A DNA stretch of 64,000 nucleotides from Trichodelitschia bisporula (taxonomy: Eukaryota): assembly GCA_010356995.1 (NCBI GenBank), contig ML996690.1, positions 623,420 through 687,419 on the forward strand. The letters are read 5' to 3'. Of this stretch, positions 34,694-48,543 are shown piece after piece. A program made the translations under genes and the position numbers. Positions within the stretch are counted from its first letter, which is position 1, and each line of letters begins with the position of its first letter. The notes under the pieces are model-generated. The model was not told where the DNA came from, did no database searches, and was given only the letters and a program-made list of their open reading frames with translations.

Positions 34694-36160
34694 ATGCCCT
34701 CCCTCTCCTCCCAATCTATCTCCGCCATCCAGGCTTCCCTCGACGCCGCAACCGCCAACCCGAAGTCCGGTCTGCACGGCGTGGTCTTCGTCGCCGTAGA
34801 CAAGAACGGCAATGAGCTGGCAAAGGCCACATCGGGCACCCGGGCCCCGGACGGCGAAGGCGGGCCCATGACGCCCGAGACCGTTTTCTGGATCGCATCC
34901 TGCACGAAGATGATCACGGGCATTGCAGCACTGCAGCTGGTCGAGCAGGGCAAGCTCTCGCTCGACGACCCGGAGAGCACGTACAAGTTGGCGCCTGAGC
35001 TGCGCGACGTCAAGGTCCTGGCTGAGGATGGGACGCTTGTCGAGCGCAAGGGCGACATCACGCTGCGCAAGCTCCTGTCCCACACCGCGGGCTTTGGGTA
35101 CGAGTTCATGAACCATCGGATCATGAAGTATGGCCGCTCGGGGGGGCTGGGCGTTCCGGCTGCTGGGTTTGATGTGCTGCAGGGCGATGAGCGTGATATT
35201 GTTCTGCAGCCGCTGGCGAATCAGCCAGATACGATGTTCGAATACGGGGTGCGCCTTCCCTTCCACCTCCTTTCTTCCTTCCCCGGCATGGCTGACTCCT
35301 GGCCCCGTAGATCAACATCGACTGGGCAGGTATCCTCGTCGAGCGTGCGTCCGGCCTGCGCCTCGGCGCCTACTTCGAGAAACACATCTTCGCCCCCCTG
35401 GGCCTAAAGCACATCGCCATGTTCCCGACGGAGGAGATGCGCAAGCACGTCGCGACCATGGCGCAGCGCGCGGCTGACGGGACGATTGCGCCCCGGGACC
35501 ATATGTACCGGCGTGCGCTGGCGGCGCAGACGAAGGAGGAACAGGATAGGATCTTCCACTCCGGCGGCGCAGGCGCGTTCGCGCGGCCGAGCGACTATGC
35601 TCGTAAGCCTTCCCCTTCCCTTCCTACCCCACTTTTCGATTGGCAAAGCACGACGCTGACATCGCCAGAAATCCTTGCCACCCTCCTCAACGCCGGCACC
35701 TCCCCGCGCACCGGCGCCCAGATCCTGCAACCCTCCACCGTGGACCTCATGTTCACGAACCAAGTCCCGCAATGGCCGGACTTCGCCAGGGCGCCGCCGG
35801 GCGCCCCCCCCCCCTCGAAGCCGGAGTACATGAACCCAGCTCCGGAGTTCTACCCTCAGGAGGGGAACCCGCCGCAAGGTTGGGGGCTCACTTTCATGCT
35901 GACGCTGGCGCCGGGCGCGACGGGTCGGGGCGCGAGTACGGCGTGGTGGGCGGGGATTTCGAATCAGTTTTGGTGGTGTGATCGCGAGAAGGGGGTTGCG
36001 GGGATGATTGCGGGGCAGGTGTTGCCTTTTGGAGGTGAGTCGGCTGTTCTTGGTGTAATTGCGAGGGTTAGGGGATGGTTGGCTAACGTGTGTAGATGTC
36101 CCCGTGTTGACGCAGTGGTTGACGTGCGAGAAGCATGTGTACGATGGGTTGCAGGCGTAG
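34694..36160 (+). CDS. Beta-lactamase/transpeptidase-fold serine hydrolase (LovD-like esterase family)
   Basis: FWIASCTK (SxxK), LLSHTAGFGY, FEYGINIDWAG, WWAGISNQFWW; three introns (~35249-35310, ~35603-35668, ~36035-36095). Confidence 0.9.
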
Positions 36161-36257
36161 GGTTTGTAGCCGGCGTTATATGTACAATGCAATTCCCATT
36201 TCAATATCCAATTCAATGTACCCCAACTCCCCTATCCAGCCCTAGCCGTAGCCGAGT

Positions 36258-37457
36258 CTAATCAATCCGCTCCGCCTCCTTCTCCTCGTCCACCTCGCCA
36301 GGCCCCACATCTGCAGCCAGCGGCTTCTCCACCCCCAACAACCAGCACAGTCCCTCCTCCAGCGGCCGCAACAACAACCAAACCTCATTCGTGCGCCACG
36401 CGATTAACGGGACACACCCACCAACAAGCACATCCAACACCCAATGATTCGCGGTACCCAGCACCGTGACAACCATAGCAATGGGCCACAGCGGGGCGAG
36501 CAGGCGCACGATCGCGTGCGGCGACCAACGAACAAGGCAATACGCCACAAAAAGCGCCATCCCAAAATGCAAACTCGGCATCGCGGCAATAGTCAACTGA
36601 AACCGGTTATTCGTCCACGCTGAACCCGCCCCAGGATCCGGATGCAGCACATCCACGTACCCCGCCTCAGGCGGCATGAGGCGCGGCGGACTCGTGCGGT
36701 AGGCGCTGAGAATGGCGAAGGCGAGGGCGTTGCTGGATGCGATGGTCCGACGGAGAGACTGGTAGCTGGGGCGGGGGAAGGTGGTGTAGGCGTAGATTAG
36801 GAAGAGGAGTGTGAGGGTTATGTGGGAGTAGTAGATTAGGGCGAGGACGGGGAGGGCCTTGGGGTGCCGGGTGAGGAACCATTGCTGCAGGGGCTTTTCG
36901 ATGGCGAGGCCGATGCGTTGTTCGAAGGTGAGGATGGCCTGTGCGTGCTCCTCTGCGCGGTCGTAGACGGACTTGTTGTCGCGGATGTGGAGCGCGGTGA
37001 AGGCGCGGGCGAGTTGGTATGTCTGGTGGGGGTTGTCAGCCTTCTGCGCAAACCTCAACCCATTACTCCCACTCCAACCTTGCCCTCCACCCATCAAGCC
37101 CTCGCACAATTCACAGGCCACTCACCCAATACGTCAAGTTCCAATACAAGATCTCGAACAAGAACGGAAATGCTGCCAAAAACCTGCTCCCCAGACTCCC
37201 CGCAATTCGCGCCTGCCGCGTGCATACTGAACCCGGCTTCCCAGGCTGCAGCGGCGAAGTTTCAGTCGGTTCTTCAGGGTCGACGACGAGCGTAGGCGGT
37301 GCATGGCGGCGAAGTCGTCGACGTAGGAGAGGACTATTGTACAGCGTGCCGATAGTGAAGAGAAGGACGATAGCTGGCTGGTTAGCCTTTCTGTGGCGGG
37401 GATGTATGCAGGGACGGGAGGCTTACAGCCTGGCTCTAGGACATCCTTTGCGGGCAT
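36258..37457 (-). CDS. PAP2_3 / inositolphosphotransferase (Aur1/Ipt1-like) membrane protein
   Basis: PPRL, AAMPSLHFG and TANHWVLD motifs. Spliced N-terminus MPAKDVLEP..IVLLFTIG..SRFLAAFPFLFEILYW across two introns. Confidence 0.82.
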
Positions 37458-38325
37458 GGCGGCGACGTAGGAGGAGACGGTAATGTACGCAGGGAGATAA
37501 AAATGCGATACGAGGGTTAAGGTGGTCGAGGCTACGATGGTTGAGGATGGATGTAGGACGGCATTCAATCTAACGCTCGTTTGCGAGGGACTTTGCGCGA
37601 TCGGCGCGTGAGGAACCGGCGGTTGGGTCGGCTTGGTGGCGGACACGTATGCGGCGGGTGCGGCGGGTGCGGCGCGCGGGTCGAGTAGCGAATGGGAGGG
37701 GGTGGTGGCCGAAAGAGGGAAGGAGAGATGGCGTACCTGATGAAGGTACTTCGTACGTTGGGTACTTTATGATCAGGGTCGCAGGAGCCTCTTCAAATAA
37801 GTGAGGATGAAGGCGGGAACGAGCAAGCCACAAGCGTCGTCAGTACGGGTCTGGGGCGAGCTCAATATGAAGCTTCGGCTGCTTCCAGCAACATTTTCTT
37901 ATACTCGGAAGCGGGCGGATATCTCTTAGTCAGGACCTTGGTTGGTGTTTCGACGGGCGTCTCAGACCCGACTGGGCTAATGGCCATTTGTCGTTGCTCT
38001 TTTCGGCATCCTTGGCCGATCTGATCGCCGACATGGGGCCATAAAAAATAGTGCGATATACGTCATTGGCTGAGTCTTGGTCCGACTGGTCGCGTGCCCT
38101 GCCGCAGGGCTGTGGCTGGGTCATGGGGAGGAGACATCAGAAGGACAGCCTCGTGGGACACACTTCCGAAAAGATATGGAATATGGTCTGCAAGGCCTTT
38201 CGGAGCAATAACAAGTACATCCGTATCTACTACAGTAGTGTAATACTTCGGGAGGAGCGATAGCCCCCGGCATCATCATGCCAACAACCAAGGGCCGAAG
38301 ATGACGGACTCGGAAAGCGGCGCTA

Positions 38326-41300
38326 TCAGTCAACACCCACTCTCCACACCTCCATCCCGATACCGGACAACAGCACCTCCACCCGACGCGGACCGCTGTC
38401 GCACGACGGGAAGAGCGCCATAGACGAAACATCCGCAACGGCTGTGTACCCATTCCCTAGCTTACGAAGCACGACGCCGTGTTCATCGGAACGCTCCAGA
38501 TCCATACTGATACCCCACACCCGGACACGCTGGTCGTTACTCCCGCTGACGGCGTAAAGACCGAACTTCATTTGCGACGATACCCCCAGCCAAAGCGCTG
38601 TAGCCGTGATTGCTGCCGCGTGGGCTCGGGGAATGAGCAGCACCGACATTCCCGGGCTGCCGGTCTTGTGTAGAACACAGTGCGTCAGGCCGAGGGCGTT
38701 GTCATCCCCCCCGGACAGAATCAAGTGGTTGTCACGATTGAGGCGGACAACAGACATTGCTTTGACGGAGCTCTGGTGGACGCGTATGGTGCCCAACCAT
38801 TCGATTTCTGTCACGTCGGGCGAGGCTTTCAGTTCAGTGATTCCGCTCATGGACCACAGGCTAATGTGTCCATCAGTCGCTGCCGTGAGCAAAATTGATG
38901 TACCTGCATCCACAGAAAGGTATGAGCATTGTGTAAGACACGCTGACGTGTAGCGGTGCGTCGCACGCAATGTCCACGTCCCCTTACTGTTGCTCGAGAT
39001 GTAGGTAAATGTCTGTAGCGTCAGTGCCATTACACCGCGAAGTAGGTCACTTACCCTGATGGTGGAATTCGAGTAAACCATCGTGATAAGGAACATCGCG
39101 TCCCCATCCTGCTTCCCCTTGCTCTCCGAGATGTCTTCAACTGCAAAGCTTGTAATCCGCAAGTCTGATTTCTCGTTCGACATCGGGCAGGCTGATTCAC
39201 GAACCACGCCCACCTCCACAGACGGCACAGAGCGCAGTCTCCAAACGAAGAACTCCTCAAAGCCGCCGCTGCTGAAGAGGAACCTACCATCACTGGACCA
39301 TTTCAGAGATTGAATGCCCGTGACATGTTTGCGGAGGATAGATACGCATCTGAAGGTAGTGCCGTCATATGAGGATAGCCTAATGTCGGTGTCTTCCGCT
39401 CCTGTCGCAATCAAAGGGCCCAGTTTGCTTCCGGATAGCACAACGGGTGCAATGGCGCACGCTTTAATCTCCCTACCATGTCCGCCGGGCTGGATGACAC
39501 GGTGATTGGCCTCTTGCGAAGTGTAGATCATAAACTGCGATGCCTTCGTCCATGCGAAACGCCCCCCAGTTATTCCCCCATCCGTGGTCACATTCGGCTT
39601 GAAAGTCCAGACTCGATGTACGCCCCCACTTTCCACCGTCATGATACTACGATGAAGGGAGGCGTTGTGGAAAATAAAGCGAGTGCCATGGAAGCCGTAC
39701 ACGAAGAGTTCATTCTTCGGACTGATGTAAAGACCCTCGAGGTTTGAGCCGAGGGATAAAGTGAGCTTGTGGACAAGCAAAACATTTGAGCCGCTCTGAG
39801 GAATCTGGTTCACAGCACATGCACCGTCCCGGCCGACGGAGACGAGCCATCCAAGGACGTCCTGACTGTCCTTGCCAGATAGCCATCGAAGCCCGGTAAT
39901 GGTCTCGCCTCTGTGCACTCTGGGAATTGTGTATGGCTGCGTGACACCTTCCGAACCACCGTGGGAAAACATCAGGGCATCCCCATTCCGCAATCCTAAG
40001 AAAACGGACCATTGATCTCTGCCAGTTGGGCCATGGGTCATGCTGGTAACCATTACTGATGGCTCAAGAGGCAACACCACTCTCCGGACAACGAGAATAT
40101 CTTCCGAGAGTCGGTGGTGGGCAAGAATTATGTGCTGTGGAGGACTGTTTCCCATCAGCGTCGCAACGAGTCCGTATGTGTCCACGTCCTCGGTTGTCTT
40201 GACAAGCTCCACAAACAGGCCAGCAACTTTACCACCCACTCTGAACACGGGCATCATTGTCCTGCCTTTCATGTCAAAGACGTATACAGCTCCTTCAGCC
40301 CCAGCCAGGAAAGCTAGCGGCTTCTGCGGAACGCCGGCAGCGACAGAATACCCGGCAATATCAGAAAGCGTGGCAATGTGTGACCACCGGCGAAACCCTG
40401 TCTCGTCCTCTTGAAAAAGGAGGACCAGTCCCTCGTTTGTCGTCATCAGTAAGGCGGTCTCCTGTATAAAGATGTAACTGCGAAAAAAATCTGCCTTGCA
40501 ATTCTTGGGGGCCGAGACTGCTGCAAAATGCGCTGGTTTCCCGAACGAATTAAGAGTCTGCTGGCAAAAGAGATCAGCAGATTCCAGCATGCTTTCCATA
40601 CTCCATGTGGCGAGTAGAGTCGAAAGAGGTGCTTCAACTTGGTCAGTTTGGAGTCGCCGAGCAGTGATGGCACCATCAGCGCCGCCAGTTACAATACGGG
40701 GGTTAGCGGCACTGTCAACCGCAACGGACCAGATGTTCTTTCCAAAGTGATGGGCAAATGAAGCTCTATGGTGCAAGGCAAATCCATTTTCTTTTTCGTC
40801 CAACTCCCACACTTGAGAAGTGGCGTCCTCTCCGATCGAGAGAAGCTTCATCGATTGAGTCTTGAGCCAGCTGGCGGCATTGATGTACCGCACGCCCCAT
40901 ATCCGGGATGCGTGGCCCATAGCCGAGGCAACACATAAAGAAGATGAAAGGTCATCGATCTTGCGCTTCTCGTTCTTGGAAAGGAACCCTGTCTGCTCCA
41001 GGTACTGGCCACTGGCGCCTTCCTCATAGCCCGGCGCCCGAAGGCCTGGATCCTCGCGGAGGAGCCAGATGCGGATCGTCCGGTCGTCGCTGCAGCTGGC
41101 CAGGAATCGTGCTATTTTCTGGCCTTCCATATCTAGAGGCAGCCGCTCCGATATCTGGAGGCCGAAGATGGATCCTTCATGACCAGTGAGGATGTAATGG
41201 ACGCACGCTGTGGAACCCGGCGATGCTGCGGTGGACCACACTATGATATCGCCAAAGGCGGTGCCCGCTGCAACCAGAAGTGAGAATGAGGAGTCCCATA

Positions 41301-41973
41301 TGAGGTTTGCAGAGTACAATATGCACCGCGGACCGGCAGCTACTTCGTGAACCAAGAGGGCAGCCCTATCCTAATACTGTCAGACACTCCCTGGTCTGAA
41401 AATTTGAATAAAAATAGAAAGCCTCACCCATTACGAGCAAGCAGCCTGGGCTCTGAGGTACTCACCGTAGGGCACGCTGTGTACAAAACATTTTGAGCTG
41501 TGAGAAATGCAGCATGGGCAGTACAATCGCAGTTCATGCCAGAGCTCTGACCGGATCCTGCGTTTACGGCGAGAGCAAGAATCCAGCCTGGCGCTTTTGT
41601 CGACTGACCAAGAAAGATTTTAAGTCCATCCTGCGGCCCAGGAACGGTGTTGGCTTTAGAAATCGGGACCAGTATCACGAGCCGCAACATGGACCGCCCC
41701 CAGATTAAAAGGTGAACATGACCGCTAGCAAGCTTAGCCACATGAGCAATGCCATGAATGGTCTGATCGTCAAAAGCGTTTGTCCAGAACAGGAGTTGTC
41801 CCGTTTCGTAATGGTAAATCCGTAGGAATGGGCCGTCTGCAGACACAACTAGGTCATCCAGGAGACATAGAGCTGTCACAGGCGTCCGCGAAGATATGAT
41901 CTTGACCCAGATTAGCAATCTGTACATCCGAGCACATCGAGCACAGCGAGCCTACCTGTAGAAAACTGGACAT
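38326..41973 (-). CDS. TRM734: WDR6/Trm734 (Rtt10) WD40 tRNA 2'-O-methyltransferase cofactor
   Basis: PVTAL, VAAGTAFGDI, GHEGSIF, LASCSDDRTIRIW, GHASRIW, HGREIKA, ATGAEDT, SGGDDNAL, NDQRV. First exon MSSFLQ inferred; about three introns. Confidence 0.88.
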
Positions 41974-42251
41974 ATTTCACGATCACTGGATTTTGGCCAT
42001 GTTCAGTGGAGGTTGTTCGTGAAAAACAGACCAGATACAGTTACGAATCACGTGAATGACGACTCCGTTGAGGAATGACGACCCAGTTCCTGCCCCGAAG
42101 GAAGGGTCAACGCTGAAACCCGCAACTGCCTCGTGGCCGTTCTTGATCAGCAGTTGGGCGCTGTGAAAGTGCCTTATCGGATTAACTTGTTATATATATT
42201 GCCACAAACGGCTGAGAAAATTACCACACTACGACGAGCACAGCTCGCCCA

Positions 42252-42351
42252 TCTTCCGTAGTCTAGTGGTCATGATTTCCGCTTGTCATTTCAAGTCGCC
42301 TTCAAGCGCTTGAGTGCGCGGACGGCCCGGGTTCGATTCCCGGCGGGAGAG
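42252..42351 (+). tRNA. tRNA-Asp(GTC) with 28-nt intron (42289-42316)
   Basis: Acceptor stem TCTTCCG/CGGGAGA, A-box TAGTCTAGTGG, anticodon arm TCCGC-TTGTCA^C-GCGGA, T-arm CCGGGTTCGATTCCCGG. Confidence 0.95.
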
Positions 42352-42359
42352 TTTTTTTT
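42352..42359 (+). terminator. RNA polymerase III terminator (T8)
   Basis: T run immediately after the tRNA discriminator base. Confidence 0.88.
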
Positions 42360-43459
42360 GCCCTTGTGTCCGATGTTGGGACCCGGGAAGGAGTGAATGA
42401 TCCAAGGAGAGATAACTTGTCTGTGAGCTCTTGCCCGCCCCAGGCAAGTGGCTTTTGTGACTTCTTGCAAGGATCGGTACTTCCTGCAAAGTACCTCCGT
42501 ATCCGAGTGCGGAAACGTCTTGCTGAATTCGCTTATGGCTCAGCAGGCTACCAAGTACTCGTACCTACAACTTAGGCAAATCCCTCACTTCCAGTGTGTG
42601 CATCCATTCTACTACTGCCTTCCCGGCCTCCACCCCAAATTGGGCAGATTTAGTACATGAAGAGGCCGTCCCTTCAGCCGGTGAGCTGAATAGAGCTCCG
42701 TGGACTGGGGTGCGGAGGTCTGGATTCCCGAGACCTTCTGAGAAGATCCAATGAAACTTCGATGAGAAGTACTTGCAACAGAACGAGGGTTTTTTTCGCT
42801 TTAATTGTAGCCTCGTGGGTTGGTGCGACGATTTCATGGGAGGATGATACGGGAAATGCTGCTACAGCTGAACAGATACCGGGTAGGCCTGCTTTAGGCC
42901 GGCTGCGTCTGTCCTTGTTTGTGAATGATAGAGCTTCTGGTGGAATAAATGTGAGCAGTGACGACATACCTGGATGTCTATGGGTACGGGCTGTCGACTT
43001 TGCTGGACAAGGGTTGCCACGTTCTCGTACCAAAAGCTCACATGATAGGCTTCCTATCTCAAGCCTTATACCACCATAAACGCCAACCTTCAACTTCGAC
43101 GACTTCACAGGTGAGAGATGGGGTATGCTTTGAGCTAAAAAGTGGACCGCGAACATGCGCGTTCGGCATCCGACAAGCTTCGCGGGAAGCAGCCGCGATC
43201 AACGTGCACGGGACGCAGAACATGCTTATGGTTGGCTGGCGGCGTCGACGCGCCTCCAACCGCCAAGTCCACTTCCATCACGACATCAGCGAACACGACG
43301 GAAGCTCCGGAGAGTGAGCATAGCTTGAGTCTTTCTATATATTGCTTCCCGACGCAGTGAAAAGCTCTGCATACTTTTACTGTGTTCTGTTTACCGCACA
43401 GTTTGCGCCATCCCTGCAGCTCGACCCAAATACCAGCAGCTCCACTGTCACACCCAACA

Positions 43460-44570
43460 ATGAGGTCACCAGCCTTATTCCTAGCCTCTCTGGGCCTGGT
43501 TTGCGCCGCGCCCATATCTTCTCCACATGTAGGAGAGACACTGCAGAACATCCTAGCCAATACTGATGGGAGTCCTCTGTACACCTACCCGACTGATTTG
43601 ACGCGTGGAATTGTGCCGGTATGCTCATACCTCGGCTCTAGGACAACTCTGACAAACCGCAGAAAAACTTCCATTCCCATAACGATTACTGGAGGGATGT
43701 CCCATTCTATTCGGCCATCGCATACGGCTCCATATCAACGGAGGCTGACGTCTGGCTGATCAATGGCACGCTCTATGTCAGTCACTACCGTCCTCACCGA
43801 CCATCCCGTCTTCTGCGTCTAACCTCCCCAGGTCGGCCACGAAGTCAGTGCCTTAACCAAGGAGCGTACCTTCGACGCCCTCTACATACAACCCATTATG
43901 GACACCATCAAGCGCCAAAACCCCACCACGCCCTTCGCCTCCAGCTCCAGCACCAAAAAGTTAGCCTCCCCCAGCCCACCAAGTCCTGGCTAACCCCTCC
44001 AGTGGTATCTTCGACACCTCCTCAGGCCAAACCCTCTACTTCTGGATCGACCTCAAGACCCCCGGCGACACCACCTGGCCCGCCGTACTCGAAGCCCTAG
44101 CACCCCTTAAAGACGCCGGGTATCTCACTACCACAGACGGCAAAACCGTAACGCCGGGGCAAGTCACTGCCATCGGCACGGGCAACACCCCGAAGAGCTA
44201 CTTCTTGCCCAACGACCCGGCCTCGGCCTCTAACCCGCGGTATACCTTCTTCGATGGGCCGCTCGCGACCCTCAACGCGACTGAGAACGCCAACATCACT
44301 AAGACGATCACCCTGATTGCTAGCGCGCCGCTGTCCGGCACCGCGGGCGAGATCCGCACTGAAGGTCTGTCGAAGGACCAGCTCGCGGCGGTGCGGGCTC
44401 AGATCGCGACTGCGAAGAGCAAGGGCATTGGCGCGCGGTACTGGGACACGCCGGCCTGGCCCATTGGAACGCGGAATGCCGTCTGGCGCACGTTATGGGA
44501 GGAGGGTGTTGCGTTGGTTAATGTCGACGACTTGGCCGCTGCCTCGGAGTTCTGGAAGAACCTAGGTTAG
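43460..44570 (+). CDS. Secreted PLC-like phosphodiesterase, AIM6-like
   Basis: Signal peptide; [51 protein letters not shown]; three short introns. Confidence 0.85.
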
Positions 44571-47500
44571 GTATGTGGGGGCCGAACGACGTGACCGGTG
44601 TGAGCGAGTATTGGAGCTCCTCGGGGAATCTGCGAGCGAGTCTTGGAGCTCTCGCGCTGGTGTTATTTAGGAACTTCTCTCGCAGCCTGCCTCGTGTCAG
44701 CATTGAATTCGTGTGATATCATCCACGGCTAGAAATTCATATCGCCAGATACTAAATATAGCCCCTCAATCGCAATCAACTCCATACACCTGAAATTCGC
44801 GCGGGTTGGATCTACATCAGGCCTGCCGCCTAGTGTGGGGGTGATGCAAGACGTCGTATACCTATACGGGGAATATTCATCTCAGCCGCACAAGGGAGGA
44901 GACATCTTAGTGCATGATATGTGGGCCATCCAGATCCCGCGCCACGCGCTCACCATCTGCTTCCTGTAAGATTCGACCGGGGTTGCGCAGCTGCACCGCG
45001 GCTGCCGCCGTAGCCGCATGGACGCGGACGCCGTGCAACGGTTTGTGGGGAGGTAACCGAGCAGATCTGAATACTCGTTCGGAGTTGCCGTGAGGCTAAA
45101 CCCTGGCCTTTCCTGCGGTATGTACCCGCCTCGAGATGCCCTGGCGCATTGCTGCAGTTGGCAGCTCCGTCATTGGCTTAGTGTGTATGTGTGACATGCC
45201 GGATATGTGTACTGTTAGACTTTACTTCTCAACGTTGAAGTAAATGTCCATCAGGCTATGCCGATCCCCTTGAATGCATCATAAACCTGGGTAGAGTTTA
45301 CATTGCCTCCCTCGAAGTACCCGCATCGATAGGCCCGAACGTAGCCCACTTCGACAAGGATGGCAGCACTAATGTAAGGAAGCTGATCCATATGTGTGGT
45401 TAGTCCGCACATGAAAGGGATCAGCAAATCGATGTTGACTGCTTTCGCAGATGGCAATGTGGCACTACGAGTAGCTTGCTTGTTTTGGAAATCGGAAACT
45501 GACAACGGCCTTGTCTCTCTTCTGCCTTCACTGCATATCAGGAGAAAGGTACCGAGTTGATACTCCCATGCTCACTGTGAAATGAAAACAACAAGGTGAT
45601 ATCTCTGCCATCTCCCGTGCGTGAACACAGCGCGGCTTCTACTGCAGTCGTCGCGGGAGTTTAGGATTAAGTAGCGCCCGGAAGCGTCGGGAAGGAATCC
45701 TCACCGGTATCGGCTGAATGCCTTGATACGCAGTGGCGAATACTGATAACAAGAGCGTCATAGACGCGGTAGAGCACGGCTGTGTATCTGCGCAGCTTAT
45801 GACGATCACGAAGCTGGGCTGCTGGGAATTGCAGTGTGCGACTGCTACGGAGTTCCCTCAACGGAGGGCGCAGTAGTGTTCAGATGATGCATCCCGTAGT
45901 CCATTGCGGACGAGCCAACGAGAGTTGGGCGATAGTTCGCCGCATGTTGAAATGAAAATTGGATGTCTGACTTCCATACCGGCCATAGACGGGTCGTAAA
46001 CTGGCCTTTTGAGAAATGAAACCACATGAGTGATATCGGGATCTGCTGGTGTACAAGACCGGACGAATGAAAGCGCGGCATCGCGAGATCCGGGATGCCA
46101 TGGTGCTGGGAGACGTGGACAAGCGTGCCGATGGAGAGGCTGGATGATGACTTTGAGAATGCTAGATTCATCGACTCTGCAGTGGTCCCCGATTGAGCAA
46201 AGCAGCAAATCGTGAACAACGGCCAATGTGTAGATGGATTAAGAGCCAGTCTGGCCAGCGGCAAAATCCGAGGCGGAGATGAGGTTTGCGAACCTGCGGT
46301 GCGCCGCGGTGCTCGAGGCGGGGTGCATGATTGGCATGAATATGAGGATTGTGATCATGAGGGATTGAGATGGCGGGGGAGCAGCTCAACTGATCATTCC
46401 GCGGCCGCGGCATCAACATTACCGTACCGCGCGGCCGGCCGAAGGCTGGTGGGGGATGTCGACGGTCGCCGTTCTCCGCACAAGAAAGAACCCCCACACT
46501 CACCATCGGGTCGGGGGAACGTTAGACGAGCCCTCGAACCCCTCACCCTCTCCACTCCGGATATCCCCACGCTAACCCTTGGAGATTGGAACCAAACATC
46601 ATCCCCCGTTGTTGCCGTCTGCACGTCAGTCTGCTGCTGCACCCCTTACGAACAAGGGCAGCCAATCCTTCCCCTGCGAATGGCGACAGCCGAGTGGGTT
46701 GTATGGTTGATGTCGATGTTTGGGGGAGGAGGGAGCAGCCCTGGTTCCTGGTGCAAGAGGGGTTTATGACGCCCCCCGGCCGGCGGGGTGGAGCGAGGTC
46801 GGGCTATCCTCTCGGTGACACGGCAGGTGGGCGGCGGGCATCACAACTAACATCGCCCGCCGGCGGAACTTATCGCAAAGAACCCACGATATCTACGCGT
46901 TGTACGATGAGGCGCCAGAGCGTGGTGCCATCGTCATTCGAGGCTGGATGTGGGGACATGTGCGCTGGGTGCTGCTGCGGACTACGGAATCTTGCAAAAG
47001 AGAAGAGACCAATTGGGCCCTCAAGCAGGCAGCTCGAGATCAAGATTCCGAGACTCGGAGGCAACAAACACGATGATAAACGCTCGGCGCGTCTCCCCAC
47101 CGGGTCTGGTGGTGTCTTTTCGCGTTTTCGTGGGACGCGATTCTTCCCAGTGGCTAGACCGAAGACTCGCACTCGTCCCATCCCATCATGGGATCAGTGC
47201 CGCGATGATGCCATAGCCGACTCCCGCATCCCAGACTACTTGGGTGGAGCAAACCCGACTGCTTGACGCAGCACATACTGTACGAGCAAGCAGTGCAACC
47301 CAGCAGCAAAACATTGCCGGAAGTAGTGAACCAAATCCGCGAGGCCGCTGCTGCACTGCGTCAAGCATCAATTTGAGCCCGTGCTCGGATGCGTCAACCT
47401 CTCGTTTGCTCATCGCACTTCGATATTGCAGGAAGTCTACCGTTCTACATACTAACTCCTGCGGTTGAGGTGCAAGACGAGCCAACAATGGCTGTGGCAC

Positions 47501-48536
47501 AACGTCAAGCCCAATGGACAGTGATCCATCATGGCAGGGTGGGTAGGTTTTAGGGAGTTAGAGAACCCCACTTGGTGAGGAACTGGATGATGAGTCGAAG
47601 ACATCGGAGAGAGAGGGGGTGCCACTTTCTGCTAAACTTTCGGGCACTACGCAGACATTGCTTTCCTTCAAAAAGCTCGTGACGGGTGACGAGTGGAAAG
47701 CCCACGGGCAGACGATAAATGAAATGCCATCGGAGCCCTTCCGCTTCTGCATCTTCCTCTTCCTTCCGACTTCCCTCGTTTCTCTTCATCTTGTCTCCTT
47801 TCTTCTTATCGTTCACAACTGACTCCTCTATCCGAGTCTGTTCCCAGGAGAAGAAGTCGGCCATTTTTCGGGTCTGACGTTCCGGCTTCTCCTTCGCCTA
47901 CGTACTGCCTGGTTCCAAGGGTTCGTGTAGTGGAGCATTTCCTAGGGGAAAGGATTGTTTCTCCCAGCAAAAAGCAGGCGTATGTACTGTCTCGCACTAT
48001 AGTACACATTTCACCGTGTCTGTTCAGTCCAAACACACCCGCACACACACCCCATCCCCCTCATTCACCTTTCCCTACCCACGACCTTCCCCCGCCGGCC
48101 ACCCCACACTCCACATTCCCCTCACTCTTTCTCCAGCGTCCCAAGACGGCATCCCGCGCATAAGCCCTCAACTCCAGCCAATCGAAGACATCACGACGCA
48201 ACCCTTAGGTACCCCACGTCCGGCAAAGCGTTGAGTGCAATTACCCCAGACTCGACTACATTCGGATAACCCCCCCTCCTCCCTTTAGGCGCGCCTCGAA
48301 CCTGTACCTGCACGTTTATGGACATATCCTTACAGCACATTACGGTGCTCTCTCTCCCGGCGAAACCACTCCCGTTCCCTTTGTCCTCCCATCCCCCGCA
48401 TCCTCCATTTCTTGGTCTCACCCCTCTCTCCGATCAATTTCGTCATCATCCCTCTGCTGTTACCATCTCCCCTCCCCTCGCCTATCCCACCACCAACCCC
48501 CGCTCTAGGAACATCCAATTCGCCTCCCGCCAATTC

Positions 48537-48543
48537 TGACTCA
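48537..48543 (+). promoter_or_regulatory. Gcn4/CpcA-type element TGACTCA upstream of the CASTOR-like gene
   Basis: Exact consensus 7-mer; single occurrence, function inferred. Confidence 0.35.

Noticed and set aside
34694..37457. LovD-like hydrolase as sign of a secondary-metabolite cluster or antibiotic resistance
   Set aside because: No PKS/NRPS, tailoring enzymes, cluster transporter or cluster regulator nearby; this family is common as stand-alone esterases.
46571..46580. CTAACCCT as a telomerase RNA template
   Set aside because: Only an 8-mer; no supporting pseudoknot or conserved domains could be recognised by eye.
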